Below, piece by piece: positions 28,550 to 38,211 of a DNA stretch of 64,000 nucleotides. The translations under genes and the position numbers were made by a program. The stretch's first letter is position 1. Every line of letters begins with the position of its first letter. Below the pieces are notes generated by a model. That model was given only the letters and a program-made list of their open reading frames with translations. It did no database searches and had not been told where the DNA came from. Source of the DNA: Armatimonadota bacterium (lineage in GTDB: Bacteria; Armatimonadota; SYMT01); NCBI GenBank assembly GCA_041690135.1, contig JAWLHY010000001.1:1312001-1376000 (forward strand). The letters run 5' to 3'.

Positions 28550-28564
28550 CCAGTAGCAGACCCT

Positions 28565-29482
28565 ATGGGTTCCGAGGTTGGCCCCGTTCAAGCCCTGGCA
28601 ATCCTGCTTGGGTTGTTCTTTGCGTTGGGCGACCTGGCTATCCTCGTTTACCTGATTGCGCGTCCGGCGGCACGACGACTGCTTACCCGGCCGTGGAGTC
28701 CTCTGGATCTGTTCCTGGGCATCCAACTGGTGTTCGGGAGCGTGATCCTGGTGGCGTTCGTCGCGCTGATGGGGATTGCCCGGGTCTACCCGGACATGGC
28801 GGTGACGTTCTCCCGGTTCAAACCCGTGGTGACGTTCTTTGCGCTATTCTTGCCGGTAATGCTCCTTCAGCAGGTGGCGCTCCTACTGGTCCCGATAGGC
28901 TTCGTCCGGCTCAAGTACCGCACCTCCCTCACGGCATTGGGGCTCCGGAAGACCGCCGTCTCCACGGCACGCCTGCTGGTGACCGGTGCGGCGTTGGCAG
29001 TCCTGATCCTGCCACTCAGCGACCTCCTGGATACGCTGCTCCGAAGGTGGCTGATCGAATCCGGGCAGTTCCCGTTTGCCGAGCAATTGCGCGCGCTGGG
29101 TCGCGGGGTGAGCATGCTCGAATACCTGGACGGGATCCGGCAGCATGTCCCCGCCCTGGTTCTCATGTGCCTGCTGGCCGGCATCGCCGCGCCGGTCGCG
29201 GAAGAGGTGTTCTTCCGCGGGTTCGCCTACCGAATTCTCAAGCAGCGGTTTGGCGTGCGAGGAGCAATCGTCAGCAGCGCGCTCTTGTTCGCGGCCATTC
29301 ACGTTGACCCGGTGAGCCAGGTGCCGATTTTCTTTATCGGCATTGTCCTGGCGTGGCTCTATGAGAGGACAGGGAGCCTCGCCGCCCCGGTCGGGCTCCA
29401 CTGTGCGAACAACCTGCTGACGTTGCTGTTTTACCTGCTGGCTCCACAGTTCCGTTTCTGGGACGGTTGGCTGCGCTGGTAG
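28565..29482 (+). CDS. CPBP (CAAX/Abi) family intramembrane protease
   Basis: EEVFFRG, FAAIH, HCANN motifs. Confidence 0.92.
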   Translation: MGSEVGPVQALAILLGLFFALGDLAILVYLIARPAARRLLTRPWSPLDLFLGIQLVFGSVILVAFVALMGIARVYPDMAVTFSRFKPVVTFFALFLPVMLLQQVALLLVPIGFVRLKYRTSLTALGLRKTAVSTARLLVTGAALAVLILPLSDLLDTLLRRWLIESGQFPFAEQLRALGRGVSMLEYLDGIRQHVPALVLMCLLAGIAAPVAEEVFFRGFAYRILKQRFGVRGAIVSSALLFAAIHVDPVSQVPIFFIGIVLAWLYERTGSLAAPVGLHCANNLLTLLFYLLAPQFRFWDGWLRW

Positions 29483-29494
29483 CCTGGCGACGGA

Positions 29495-30568
29495 CTATTC
29501 CGCCTCGGGATAGGAACCGAGGATCCGTGTGAACAGGGTGTGCGCTTCAAAGTCGGCGAGCGCGCGCCCTAGCGGAGACTCCTCTCCCTCGGCCTCATGC
29601 CCCTGGACGTCCACAAAGAAGACGTATTCCCAGGGAGTTTGTTTCGTGGGGCGGGACTCGATGAAGGTCAACGAGACACCGTTCTCGGAGAGGGACGACA
29701 ACGCGCGGACGAGTGCCCCCGGCCGGTGCGGGACGGAGAACATCAGACTGGTCTTGTCCCTTCCGGAGGGTGCGGGCCGAAGCTGGCCGACCACCCAGAA
29801 GCGGGTGCGGTTGCGAGGATTATCCTCGATATGCTCCGCCAGGATACCCAGGCCGTACTGCTCCGCGGCCGCCAGATTGGCGATGGCGCCGGCCTCGGGA
29901 TCGTTCGCGGCCAACGCAGCTCCCCGAGCCGTGGTCGTGGTTTCCACCATCTCCACGTGGCCCAGGTGGCGGTTGATCCAGTCCCGGCATTGCGCGGTCG
30001 CCTGGAACATCGTGTAAACCCGCCGTACGCTCTCCAGGGAAGGCGCATTCGAGAGCAGGTTATGCTGGATCGGGACATAGATTTCGGAGCAGATGCGGAG
30101 GTCGCACCGCAGGAACATGTCGAGGCTGGGCGCGACGACACCCTCGGTGGAGTTTTCCACCGGTATCACGCCAAAGTCCGCAGCGCCGCGCTCGACTTGG
30201 GCGAAGACTTCCGCGATGGAGCCCGTTTCCAGGAACTGCACCTGGCTTCCGAAGCGCCGCCGAGCCGCCACGTGCGTGTTGCTGGCGGGAGGTCCCCAGT
30301 AGGCGACCGTGAGGGGACGTTCGAGAGCCCGGCACGCGGAGATGATCTCCCGGTAAATCGCCTGGATGGCGCCGGCCTCCAACGGCCCCGCGCTCGCGGC
30401 GGCGACCCGTTCCAGGACCTGCCGCTCGCGCTCGGGCGCGTAGGCGGGGCGGTCCGTCTTTTCTTTTGCCTCTCCGATCCGGCGCGCGCACTCGGCCCGT
30501 TCGTTGACCAGGCGAACGATTTCCTGGTCCAGCGCGTCGATGCGCCGTCGGTAATCACTGATTTCCAT
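29495..30568 (-). CDS. pheA: Chorismate mutase/prephenate dehydratase
   Basis: RRRIDALD CM domain; PVENSTEG, NRTRF, IESRP, ACT domain. Confidence 0.96.
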   Translation of the reverse strand: MEISDYRRRIDALDQEIVRLVNERAECARRIGEAKEKTDRPAYAPERERQVLERVAAASAGPLEAGAIQAIYREIISACRALERPLTVAYWGPPASNTHVAARRRFGSQVQFLETGSIAEVFAQVERGAADFGVIPVENSTEGVVAPSLDMFLRCDLRICSEIYVPIQHNLLSNAPSLESVRRVYTMFQATAQCRDWINRHLGHVEMVETTTTARGAALAANDPEAGAIANLAAAEQYGLGILAEHIEDNPRNRTRFWVVGQLRPAPSGRDKTSLMFSVPHRPGALVRALSSLSENGVSLTFIESRPTKQTPWEYVFFVDVQGHEAEGEESPLGRALADFEAHTLFTRILGSYPEAE

Positions 30569-30787
30569 GCATCCGACCTGAGATAAAGTGGATTGCCCGT
30601 TTGGAAGTCACGCGCGCCCGCGCGCAGAGTTGTCGCGCTCGGGTAGCGGTGCTGGGCATAGTTAGTTTTCGCCGGGAAAGGTCACCATTCCTCGCCGAGC
30701 GCCCGGGTCATTCGGGGCCCGGCGTGGGCGTTCCGCGACGGTCCGCCCCCAGCGATTTCGGGTGGCTTCCCGGAGGAGTAATCGTAT

Positions 30788-31654
30788 ATGGCAAATGGGT
30801 GGTTCCGCAAGCGAAAAGAAGAACCGAGGAACGTTCCGGAGGGGCTCTTCACCCAATGCAATAAATGCCGTGAGCAGTTATTCACACGGGAATGGGAGCG
30901 CAATCTCAAGGTCTGCATGAAGTGCGGACATCATCATCGCTTCTCCGCCCGCGAGCGAATCGAGCTTCTCATCGATGCGGGTGCCTTCCACGAACTCGAC
31001 GCGAACCTGGCCTCCAACAACCCACTGGATTTTCCCGGCTATGCGGAGTCCCTGGAGCGCAACCGCACAAAAACCGGCATGACGGATGCGATCGTGAGCG
31101 GGGCGGGGACGCTCGAAGGCATTCCGCTGACGATTTCCGTCACGGATGCCAACTTCATGATGGGCAGCATGGGAAGTGTCGTGGGCGAGCGTATCGCGCG
31201 GGCCGTCGAACACGCCACCGAGCGGCGTATCCCCACGGTGTTGGTGTCCGGCACCGGTGGCGGCGCCCGGATGCACGAAGGGTTGCTCTCCTTGATGCAG
31301 ATGGCGAAGACCAGCGCCGCCATTGCCCGGCACCATGCCGCCGGGTTGATGACGGTGGTTGTGCTGACTGAGCCATCGATGGCGGGGGTGCTCGCCAGTT
31401 GGGGCTCCCTGGGCGATATCATTCTTGCGGAGCCGGGGGCGATGATCGGGTTCGTGGGTCAGCGCGTCTCCCAACAGGCCAACGTGAGCAAGGTGCCGGC
31501 GGACTTCCAGACGGCGGAGTTCCAGTTGGCGCATGGCCAGGTAGACGTTATTGTCCCTCGCAAGGATCTCAAGGCGACCCTGGCGAGAATGTTCCAGTTC
31601 GCCGGCACTCCGCGGGTCGTTACGAGCGACCCCGTAGCGGCAGTTACGGCTTAG
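30788..31654 (+). CDS. accD: Acetyl-CoA carboxylase carboxyltransferase beta
   Basis: CNKC..CMKC zinc finger, GSMGSVVGE, GARMHEG, FQTAE. Confidence 0.94.
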   Translation: MANGWFRKRKEEPRNVPEGLFTQCNKCREQLFTREWERNLKVCMKCGHHHRFSARERIELLIDAGAFHELDANLASNNPLDFPGYAESLERNRTKTGMTDAIVSGAGTLEGIPLTISVTDANFMMGSMGSVVGERIARAVEHATERRIPTVLVSGTGGGARMHEGLLSLMQMAKTSAAIARHHAAGLMTVVVLTEPSMAGVLASWGSLGDIILAEPGAMIGFVGQRVSQQANVSKVPADFQTAEFQLAHGQVDVIVPRKDLKATLARMFQFAGTPRVVTSDPVAAVTA

Positions 31655-31671
31655 GCAACGAAAGGTACAAG

Positions 31672-32649
31672 ATGGCGAGTTTTGAGGACTTCGAGCGGGC
31701 CATTTCGGAACTCGAAGGCCAGATCGAAAAGCTCAAGCGCCTTACCCGGGAACAGAACATCGATCGGAGTGCGGACATTGCGGAGCTTGAAGCCCAGGTC
31801 CAGCGACTGCTGACCGATTTCTACACGCGTCCGTCCGGCTGGATGCGGACGCGGATTGCCCGGAACCCCAAGCGACCCTTTACGCTGGACTTCATCCGGA
31901 TGGTGTTCCAGGAGTTCCAGGAGCTCCACGGCGATCGCTGTTTCGGCGATGACGGCGCAATGGTCGGCGGGCTGGCTCGTCTCAACGAAGACTGGGTGGT
32001 CGTGGTCGGACAGCAGAAGGGCCGCGACGCACAGGAGCGCCACCGGCGCAACTTCGGGATGGCGCGTCCCGAAGGCTATCGCAAAGCCCTGCGCTTGATG
32101 AAACTGGCGGAAAAGTTCCACCGCCCGATCATCTGCTTCATCGACACGCCGGCCGCCGACTGTACCGTGCCGAGCGAGGAACGCGGCATCAGCGAGGCGA
32201 TTGCGCACAACTTGCAGGAGATGTTCTTGCTGCGCGTGCCCATTATCGTGGTGATTCTCGGCGAAGGCGGCAGTGGTGGAGCCATCGGGATTGGCGTGGG
32301 CGACCGGGTGCTCATGTTCGAACACGCCATTTACTCGGTCATCCCGCCGGAAGGGTGTGCGGCCATCATCTGGAAGGACGCAAAGCGCGGTGAGGAGGCG
32401 GCGGAAGCGCTCCAGTTGACCGCCGAGGACGCGGTGCGATTTGGCGCTGTTGATGAAATTGTTCCGGAGCCTCTGGGCGGTGCCCATCGCGACCCGGATG
32501 CGGCCGGCCGGGAATTACGGGCCGCCCTGGAGCGGCATCTGGCGGAACTGACATCACTGGCATCGGATACGTTGACCGGCACGCGTTACGCGCGGTTTCG
32601 GCGACTGGGCGAGTTCGTCGAACTCTCCACGGGTACAGCGGCAAGTTAA
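31672..32649 (+). CDS. accA: Acetyl-CoA carboxylase carboxyltransferase alpha
   Basis: ELHGDR, NFGM..PEGYRKA, GEGGSGGA, EPLGGAHR. Confidence 0.95.
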   Translation: MASFEDFERAISELEGQIEKLKRLTREQNIDRSADIAELEAQVQRLLTDFYTRPSGWMRTRIARNPKRPFTLDFIRMVFQEFQELHGDRCFGDDGAMVGGLARLNEDWVVVVGQQKGRDAQERHRRNFGMARPEGYRKALRLMKLAEKFHRPIICFIDTPAADCTVPSEERGISEAIAHNLQEMFLLRVPIIVVILGEGGSGGAIGIGVGDRVLMFEHAIYSVIPPEGCAAIIWKDAKRGEEAAEALQLTAEDAVRFGAVDEIVPEPLGGAHRDPDAAGRELRAALERHLAELTSLASDTLTGTRYARFRRLGEFVELSTGTAAS

Positions 32650-32698
32650 GGATTGCATTCGGCAAGAGGCCCAACTTCCACACCATTGGGAGCAAACA

Positions 32699-32741
32699 AA
32701 AGCGAGCGGGGGAAGGCATTACGCCTTCCCCCGCTCGCTTT
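32699..32741. terminator. Bidirectional terminator between accA and sigma gene
   Basis: 19-bp perfect stem with 5-nt loop between convergent genes. Confidence 0.8.
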
Positions 32742-32762
32742 CCAAATATTCGAAGACGTTTT

Positions 32763-33623
32763 TCAGCAGGCGCCCACCGCCTCGGCCGCATTCTCTTCAT
32801 CTTCGGCTTTCGGCAAAGTTTCGGGGAAGAAAAGGCCGTGCTGGCGCGCCATAAATCCGGAAAGACGGCTGATGGCCTGCGCGTGGAGTTGATGTGCCCG
32901 ACTTTCACTCCGTCCCAGGTGCTTCGCGATCTGCTTGAGCGTCCAGCCCTCATAGTAATAGTAGATGACGACGGTGCGCTCCTGGAGCGGCAGCCAACTG
33001 ATGCAACGCATCATCAGCGACTTTTGGCTCTCCACGATCGCCATTGTGTCGGGGTCCGGCTCCTTGCTCTTGACGGACTCGAGCACCACCAGCGGATCGA
33101 GGTCCTCGTGCTCGGAGTCACCCACCACGTCTTCGAGCGAGACCACCTGAAGCACGTTGGCTTCATAGTAGAGCTGGTAGAAGGCGTCAATCGGCATGTC
33201 CAGGTGCCTGGCCATATCGGCATCCGCTACGTGCTGGACGCCGGTAGTGAGCATGAGCTCTTCTTCCGCCCGGTGGAGGAGCTTCTGTTTGGTCCGGACG
33301 CTACGGGGTACCCAATCTTCCCGTCGAAGATACTCGAGCATTGCGCCACGGATCATGGAAATTGCATACGACTCGAATTTCACCTTGCGGCGCGGGTCGA
33401 AATGATCGACGGCCTTCACCAGTGCGATGAGACCTTCTTGTTCAAGATCCTCCGCTGCAATCTTCACGGGGACGGTGGGGATGATGCGCTGTCGCGTCTT
33501 GGTGATCAGGTAGGTGTAATGTTCAATGATGGTGTCGCGGGCGCGGAGCGATCCTCGCTCCTTGAACTCGCGCCAGAGACGGGCAAGCGTGGCAAGCAGT
33601 TCAGCGGAGGTTCGTCTGGACAT
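32763..33623 (-). CDS. FliA/WhiG family RNA polymerase sigma factor
   Basis: EDLEQEG..L..AV..FD..R.VKFESYA..IRGAML..LR..DWVPRS; region 4 TLKQIA..LG.SESR..QLH. Confidence 0.92.
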   Translation of the reverse strand: MSRRTSAELLATLARLWREFKERGSLRARDTIIEHYTYLITKTRQRIIPTVPVKIAAEDLEQEGLIALVKAVDHFDPRRKVKFESYAISMIRGAMLEYLRREDWVPRSVRTKQKLLHRAEEELMLTTGVQHVADADMARHLDMPIDAFYQLYYEANVLQVVSLEDVVGDSEHEDLDPLVVLESVKSKEPDPDTMAIVESQKSLMMRCISWLPLQERTVVIYYYYEGWTLKQIAKHLGRSESRAHQLHAQAISRLSGFMARQHGLFFPETLPKAEDEENAAEAVGAC

Positions 33624-34397
33624 GGGGCACTGACCTTTTCTCTCGCTTCGACGAAATAGGTGTCTCCGGTAAGGGTGGGCTTTCCGGTACCGGGGGGCAC
33701 GCTTAAGAATTACGAACTAGATATATGTGTGGGTAAGGGTCTAACAAAAACTCGGTAATGGGACCGTCGGATGTTGCTTGCTCCTGGAGCAGCCAAGCCA
33801 GGCCACAAAACCAGGATCCTCAGCTTGTTAGAGTGGTAGAGAGGGTCCTGCGCTGGGGGCGCGACCGAGTTAGGAACCTTTCCTGCCGATCCGGATCGGA
33901 ACTTGCCCGGAACCGGAGGGCATCGGCCTTCACTTCCCTGTGGGATGAGGGAGAACGCCGTGACGAGCGAAAGTTCGTCGTGACGGCCGTCTCTTCCTGC
34001 CACATTCTGACACGTTTTTCTGGGGTATGCAGGTTCAAGGTGGAAGGAGATCCATCAGCCGTAAAACGCATCGTTTCGTACATGGCTGCCATTTGATAGG
34101 TCCTGCAGGGCCGTGTGGATGAACACCCTACGTGCTGTTGCGCCGGGGGGAGGGAAGGATTAAGTCCGCTTGGCATATGTTATCAGATCTGACCGTGGCG
34201 CGGGGTTGAAGGTTCCCCACTCCGGTGTACTTTCCAACCATTAGCCACCCGCCCCTTTCCACACTCCATCCATGTGCGTAGTGGGCAGGTCGTTCTTGCG
34301 GTGTGACGGCGGCTGGGGGAGCTGGACGTCACCGATCAAACCTTCGCCGGAAGAGCGAAACGGTGTCAAAAAGTGTCAGACCGCTTTGCCACGGCAT

Positions 34398-34428
34398 AAA
34401 AAAACGGCAATCCAGGGGGATTGCCGTT
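34398..34428 (-). terminator. Intrinsic terminator of tRNA gene
   Basis: aacggcaatcc/ggattgccgtt stem followed by a T-run on the minus strand. Confidence 0.8.
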
Positions 34429-34444
34429 CTCGCATTCCAAAATA

Positions 34445-34518
34445 CGCGCCCGGAGGGACTCGAACCCCCGGCCTACAGGTCCGCAACCTGTCGCTCTAAT
34501 CCGCTGAGCTACGGGCGC
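34445..34518 (-). tRNA. tRNA-Arg, anticodon GCG (CCA not encoded)
   Basis: GCGCCCG acceptor stem, TAGCTCAGCGGATTAGAGC D-arm, ACAGG-TTGCGGA-CCTGT anticodon arm, GGTTCGAGTCC T-arm. Confidence 0.93.
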
Positions 34519-34535
34519 ATCTCAAGTGCAGGCAG

Positions 34536-34564
34536 AGTATAGCATCGCGTCGGAGGGGTGTCAA
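34536..34564 (-). promoter_or_regulatory. Sigma70-type promoter of tRNA-Arg
   Basis: TTGACA-17 nt-TATACT. Confidence 0.85.
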
Positions 34565-34685
34565 TAGCCTTTGGTGTCTCCGGTGCGGGCATTTTTGGTA
34601 GGGTCCTACGGCCGTGCAAAAATGACCGCCGCGGGGGGCGGCGCGGTGGCGTGATCGCTCCACGCGCCGCGTTGCCGAGGCGCGA

Positions 34686-35687
34686 TCAGGCCGGTCGGGT
34701 CCGGAAGTTGACCCAGGTGTGCACGTGGGGAGCGCCGCGGAAATGCCAGACGAGCGTGGGCCCTTCCAGCCGCCAGATGTCCCACTCCCGGTCGTTTCCG
34801 AGGTCTTCATTCCGGTAGAAGGAGAGGTGGACCGTCTCCAGTCCCCCATTCGCCTGGAGAGCGGCCATGGCCTCGCGAACGTCCGGTTCCCGGTAGGGTG
34901 CGAGCAGCTTCTGCATCACTTTCCCCACTAACTCTCGCTGATCCCGCGATAGCTCACCCGCCGCGACACCGGCAAATCCGTTCTTCTTGAGACGTATCGA
35001 GCTTTCCGCGGGTGCCATCGGGAGGAGCGCCTTCTCGCGCTGCTTGCCGTCCAGGGCCTGGAAAACCTCATTCGCCACCTGGGTCTGGTAGTAAAAGAGG
35101 TTGGCCTTTTCGTTTCCGGTGGCCCCATGGCCATAGATGACCGGCCCGCCGAACACCGCGTCGGGAAGGGTGTTCCCATCCGCCCGCAGCGTGAGGTGCC
35201 GCCCGGTCAACAACCAGGAAGGGGTGCCGCCTTCGGGTGTGCCGAACAGCGCGCAGCTAAAGTGCTCGAGCCCGCCGGAGTCATCCTTCATCTGCCGGAG
35301 GAAGAGGTCGTAGCCCTCTTCGGAGGTCACCCCCCGCACGATTTCATGGATGATCCGTTGCTGTTCGGGCGTGTAAAGCTGGCCGATCTGTTGCGGGATC
35401 ACGTGCCAGTTAGCGCCCGCGCGCGTGAGCCGCGGATCCGTGGCGGGAAGGAACGCCACCTTCTTCTGTTCGGCCGTCAGGCTTTCCAATAGCCGCTTTA
35501 CGGAGGCTTCGGCGGGTGGGACCTTGGTCCCCTTGGCTACCGGCTCCGCGGCGTGGGCACGGGGCCAACCGGCGATCCCGCCGGCGGCCGCGGCCAGGGC
35601 GGTCGCCCCTGCACCCAGGATCAGTTTGCGCCGACCCGGGTTTGGCTCGCACTCTGGGCAAGTATTCTTCGAGACGTCTCTGTCCAT
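34686..35687 (-). CDS. DUF3500-like protein with Tat signal
   Basis: GRRKLILGA twin-Arg signal; FGTP..W..TGRHLT; WRLEGP..WHFRGAPHVH. Confidence 0.75.
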   Translation of the reverse strand: MDRDVSKNTCPECEPNPGRRKLILGAGATALAAAAGGIAGWPRAHAAEPVAKGTKVPPAEASVKRLLESLTAEQKKVAFLPATDPRLTRAGANWHVIPQQIGQLYTPEQQRIIHEIVRGVTSEEGYDLFLRQMKDDSGGLEHFSCALFGTPEGGTPSWLLTGRHLTLRADGNTLPDAVFGGPVIYGHGATGNEKANLFYYQTQVANEVFQALDGKQREKALLPMAPAESSIRLKKNGFAGVAAGELSRDQRELVGKVMQKLLAPYREPDVREAMAALQANGGLETVHLSFYRNEDLGNDREWDIWRLEGPTLVWHFRGAPHVHTWVNFRTRPA

Positions 35688-35817
35688 GATCTTTCTCCAG
35701 CTTCCGGCCTGGGCAGGCACAACTGCTTGGGGAGGTGAGAGCCCGCGGCGGGTCCCGGACCGGACAGCCGTCGAGCCCTTTCACGGATGAGACAGCACAG
35801 GGTGCTCGGGGTTTCGC

Positions 35818-37104
35818 CTACTCCACCCTGGCTCCGGCATCGATCCAGGCTCGTAGCAGGGCGAGTTGTTCCCGGGTAGGTTCGCGGTCGGGGGGCATCC
35901 GGGGGTTGCGATCTCCCGTCATCGTCAAGTAGAACAGGCTTTCTCCGCTGTTTCCAGGCACCAGGGCCGGCCCACGGTTTCCACCGGCCAGTAGCCGCTC
36001 CCGGGTCTCGACAGAGAAGCCGCTAAGTGCCCGCCCATCCTTGTGGCAGGAGAGACAGTTCGCTTCAAGAAACGGCTTCACATCCCTGCGGTAGTTGACG
36101 GTACGACCGGCGGGAATGACGCGGACGACCTGGCCCGGTTTCAGAGGCGCCAGTGGGCCCCGTAGGTCGAGTAGGTTGCCGCCGGAGCCCGTCGAGGCCT
36201 TTTGTACCTGGACCAGCGCTCCGGCGGCATCACGAGGAGCCTCGACGGGCACTATGCGGACCTTTGCCATCGGGTTGAGTTGTTGAGGCCAGCCTGCGAA
36301 ATCGGGAAACAATTGGAGCTTGCCGCTGGTGCCGGTAACATCCTTCACATACGCCGGCGCGCCCTCCACATTGGCCCGTGCGATCATCCGAAGGGTTTGC
36401 TGCCTCTGAAACCGCGCAAGCGTTGCTGCGTCCAGTACCTCCCGCGCCATGCGAGGAGCATTCCCTCGGTATCCGCTATTGACCCACACCTTCGTTCCAG
36501 GCGCAACTTTGAACACGTACACCGGGTTCTCGTTCAACACCAGGCGGGTATCCCGCCCATATTCCAGGGTCAGGCGGTCCGGCAGCGCCTCCCTTTTCTC
36601 CACCTGAATACGTTCGGCGGTTAAGGTGTAATTGAGGGTATCCTGGCCGACGATCCGGTAACACTGGCCGCTTTGCACCTGCTGGGAGATCTCATCTCGC
36701 ATTTCGAGTAGATAGCTCGATGCGGGATGGGGCGCCTGATCGTTCCTGCCCGCCAGGGTCAACAGCACGCGCTCGCCGGCCGGGAAGTCTTCGGCTGCCG
36801 CGCCAGGCTCGCCGAAGCGCCAGAGGGAGGCATAAGGGAGAAACCGAAAGCGGTAAGTTTTCCGGTCCGCCTCTCCCCGGGCGATCCCGAAGCCGGCTTT
36901 GCCGTTGAGCGTCTCCAGCACCGCCCAGATCGGCTGCTTACCTTCCGCTTGCAGGAACCAGCCCGGCGGCGGGTCCGCCGGCAAGCAGGCCGATGCCGGT
37001 GGCAATCCGGTTGCCTGCGCCCGGGCACCCGGCGTCTGGACCCACGTGAGCCCGGTAACCAGCAGGAGCAGCGCCGCGCCGAGGCAGTGTCGTTTGACCC
37101 CCAT
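35818..37104 (-). CDS. Secreted protein with C-terminal planctomycete-type cytochrome c domain
   Basis: Signal peptide; VNYRRDVKP..ANCLSCH..L.GG..GPALVPG..MPP..LRAWIDAGA. Confidence 0.8.
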   Translation of the reverse strand: MGVKRHCLGAALLLLVTGLTWVQTPGARAQATGLPPASACLPADPPPGWFLQAEGKQPIWAVLETLNGKAGFGIARGEADRKTYRFRFLPYASLWRFGEPGAAAEDFPAGERVLLTLAGRNDQAPHPASSYLLEMRDEISQQVQSGQCYRIVGQDTLNYTLTAERIQVEKREALPDRLTLEYGRDTRLVLNENPVYVFKVAPGTKVWVNSGYRGNAPRMAREVLDAATLARFQRQQTLRMIARANVEGAPAYVKDVTGTSGKLQLFPDFAGWPQQLNPMAKVRIVPVEAPRDAAGALVQVQKASTGSGGNLLDLRGPLAPLKPGQVVRVIPAGRTVNYRRDVKPFLEANCLSCHKDGRALSGFSVETRERLLAGGNRGPALVPGNSGESLFYLTMTGDRNPRMPPDREPTREQLALLRAWIDAGARVE

Positions 37105-37566
37105 GTTTCCCTCCCCTTCCAACCCGTCTTGGCACGTCCGAGGGCATCTCTAGCCTTCCACACGACCCCAGGGTTATCCTTTGTCTTTCAGGCGCCTGGA
37201 CTTCCGCTGGGTGCAGGAGGCCGGTGGGTGTGCGGTACGGGGTGCAGAGGCAGTGATCGCGAGGGCTAACGCCGGTAGAGCGGCGGGGGTGGCAGAACGG
37301 GAGGCCGGGGCCGGGTCGCGAAACGCCGATGCAATCGGCGAGTCCACGCTAAGGGCCAAGACCAGCACGGGGGGGCATAGCGGGGGCCGGAGCGATGGTC
37401 GCAAGGAGATCCGTCGCTCCGCCCGTACGGGCTCCGCCCAGAAGGACGCAACCCACTATGGGGTGTGCAATTAACTGGGCAGGTACCGTACCCCTAGCCC
37501 CAGGGGGACTCCAAACCTCGACCGCTCGTCCCGCGCACTTCGCCCCTCATGCTTCGCACCTCGCCC

Positions 37567-37643
37567 CAACCTTCAACCTTCAACCTTTAGCCCCCGAGGG
37601 GGGCTGCCAACCTTCAACCTTCAACCTGCAAACCTTCCAACCT
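37567..37643. repeat. Heptamer (CAACCTT)n tracts flanking a GC hairpin
   Basis: 3x caacctt, agccccc-gag-gggggct, then 2-3x caacctt. Confidence 0.85.
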
Positions 37644-37796
37644 GGCACCCACCCCTGTTCGCTAGTAGCAGCCCAGGTTTTCAGGGGACTCGCCACGGAG
37701 AGCGGGGGTGCGGTAAACTCAACGCTGCCGGTTAGCGGCCGGCGGCTGCCAAGAGGCTTAGCTAGCAGCCCCGTCCCTCACTCACCCAAGGTATTC

Positions 37797-38201
37797 ATGG
37801 TTCTTTACGATCCCCAGGGCACTCTCGTCAGGGTGGCCGCACTGGTAACAGCGGCCGGAATGCTCTGGGCGATGGTGGCGGTGAGCCTGATCTACCTGGG
37901 ATCGACGCGCCTGGAACCCCGGATTCCCCAGGGGCAGATCTGGGCTCGCTGGCGGGAGCGGCGTATCCTCTGGGGGGCGAGCCTCATCCTGACGTTTTCC
38001 GCGACGTTACTCACCGCGGACGCGATCTGGAGACAGGTCGCCTACCCGGACCTTTACTGGCAGGCCCGGGTAGGTGAAATCACGATGATCGCGATGACAG
38101 GAGCGGCAGCGGCGTACTTGCTGGTGCTGCTGCTCTTTGTGCTGGCACCTCTGCTCCACCGTGCCCGTAGGGGCCGTTTGCGGCGTCCGCCGGGCCGGTA
38201 G
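37797..38201 (+). CDS. Hypothetical membrane protein (3 TM)
   Basis: Three hydrophobic segments; AAGG upstream of ATG. Confidence 0.6.
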   Translation: MVLYDPQGTLVRVAALVTAAGMLWAMVAVSLIYLGSTRLEPRIPQGQIWARWRERRILWGASLILTFSATLLTADAIWRQVAYPDLYWQARVGEITMIAMTGAAAAYLLVLLLFVLAPLLHRARRGRLRRPPGR

Positions 38202-38211
38202 AGAACAGGAT

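Noticed and set aside
33624-34444. Prophage or island integrated at tRNA-Arg
   Set aside because: No integrase and no duplicated tRNA 3' end seen in the window.
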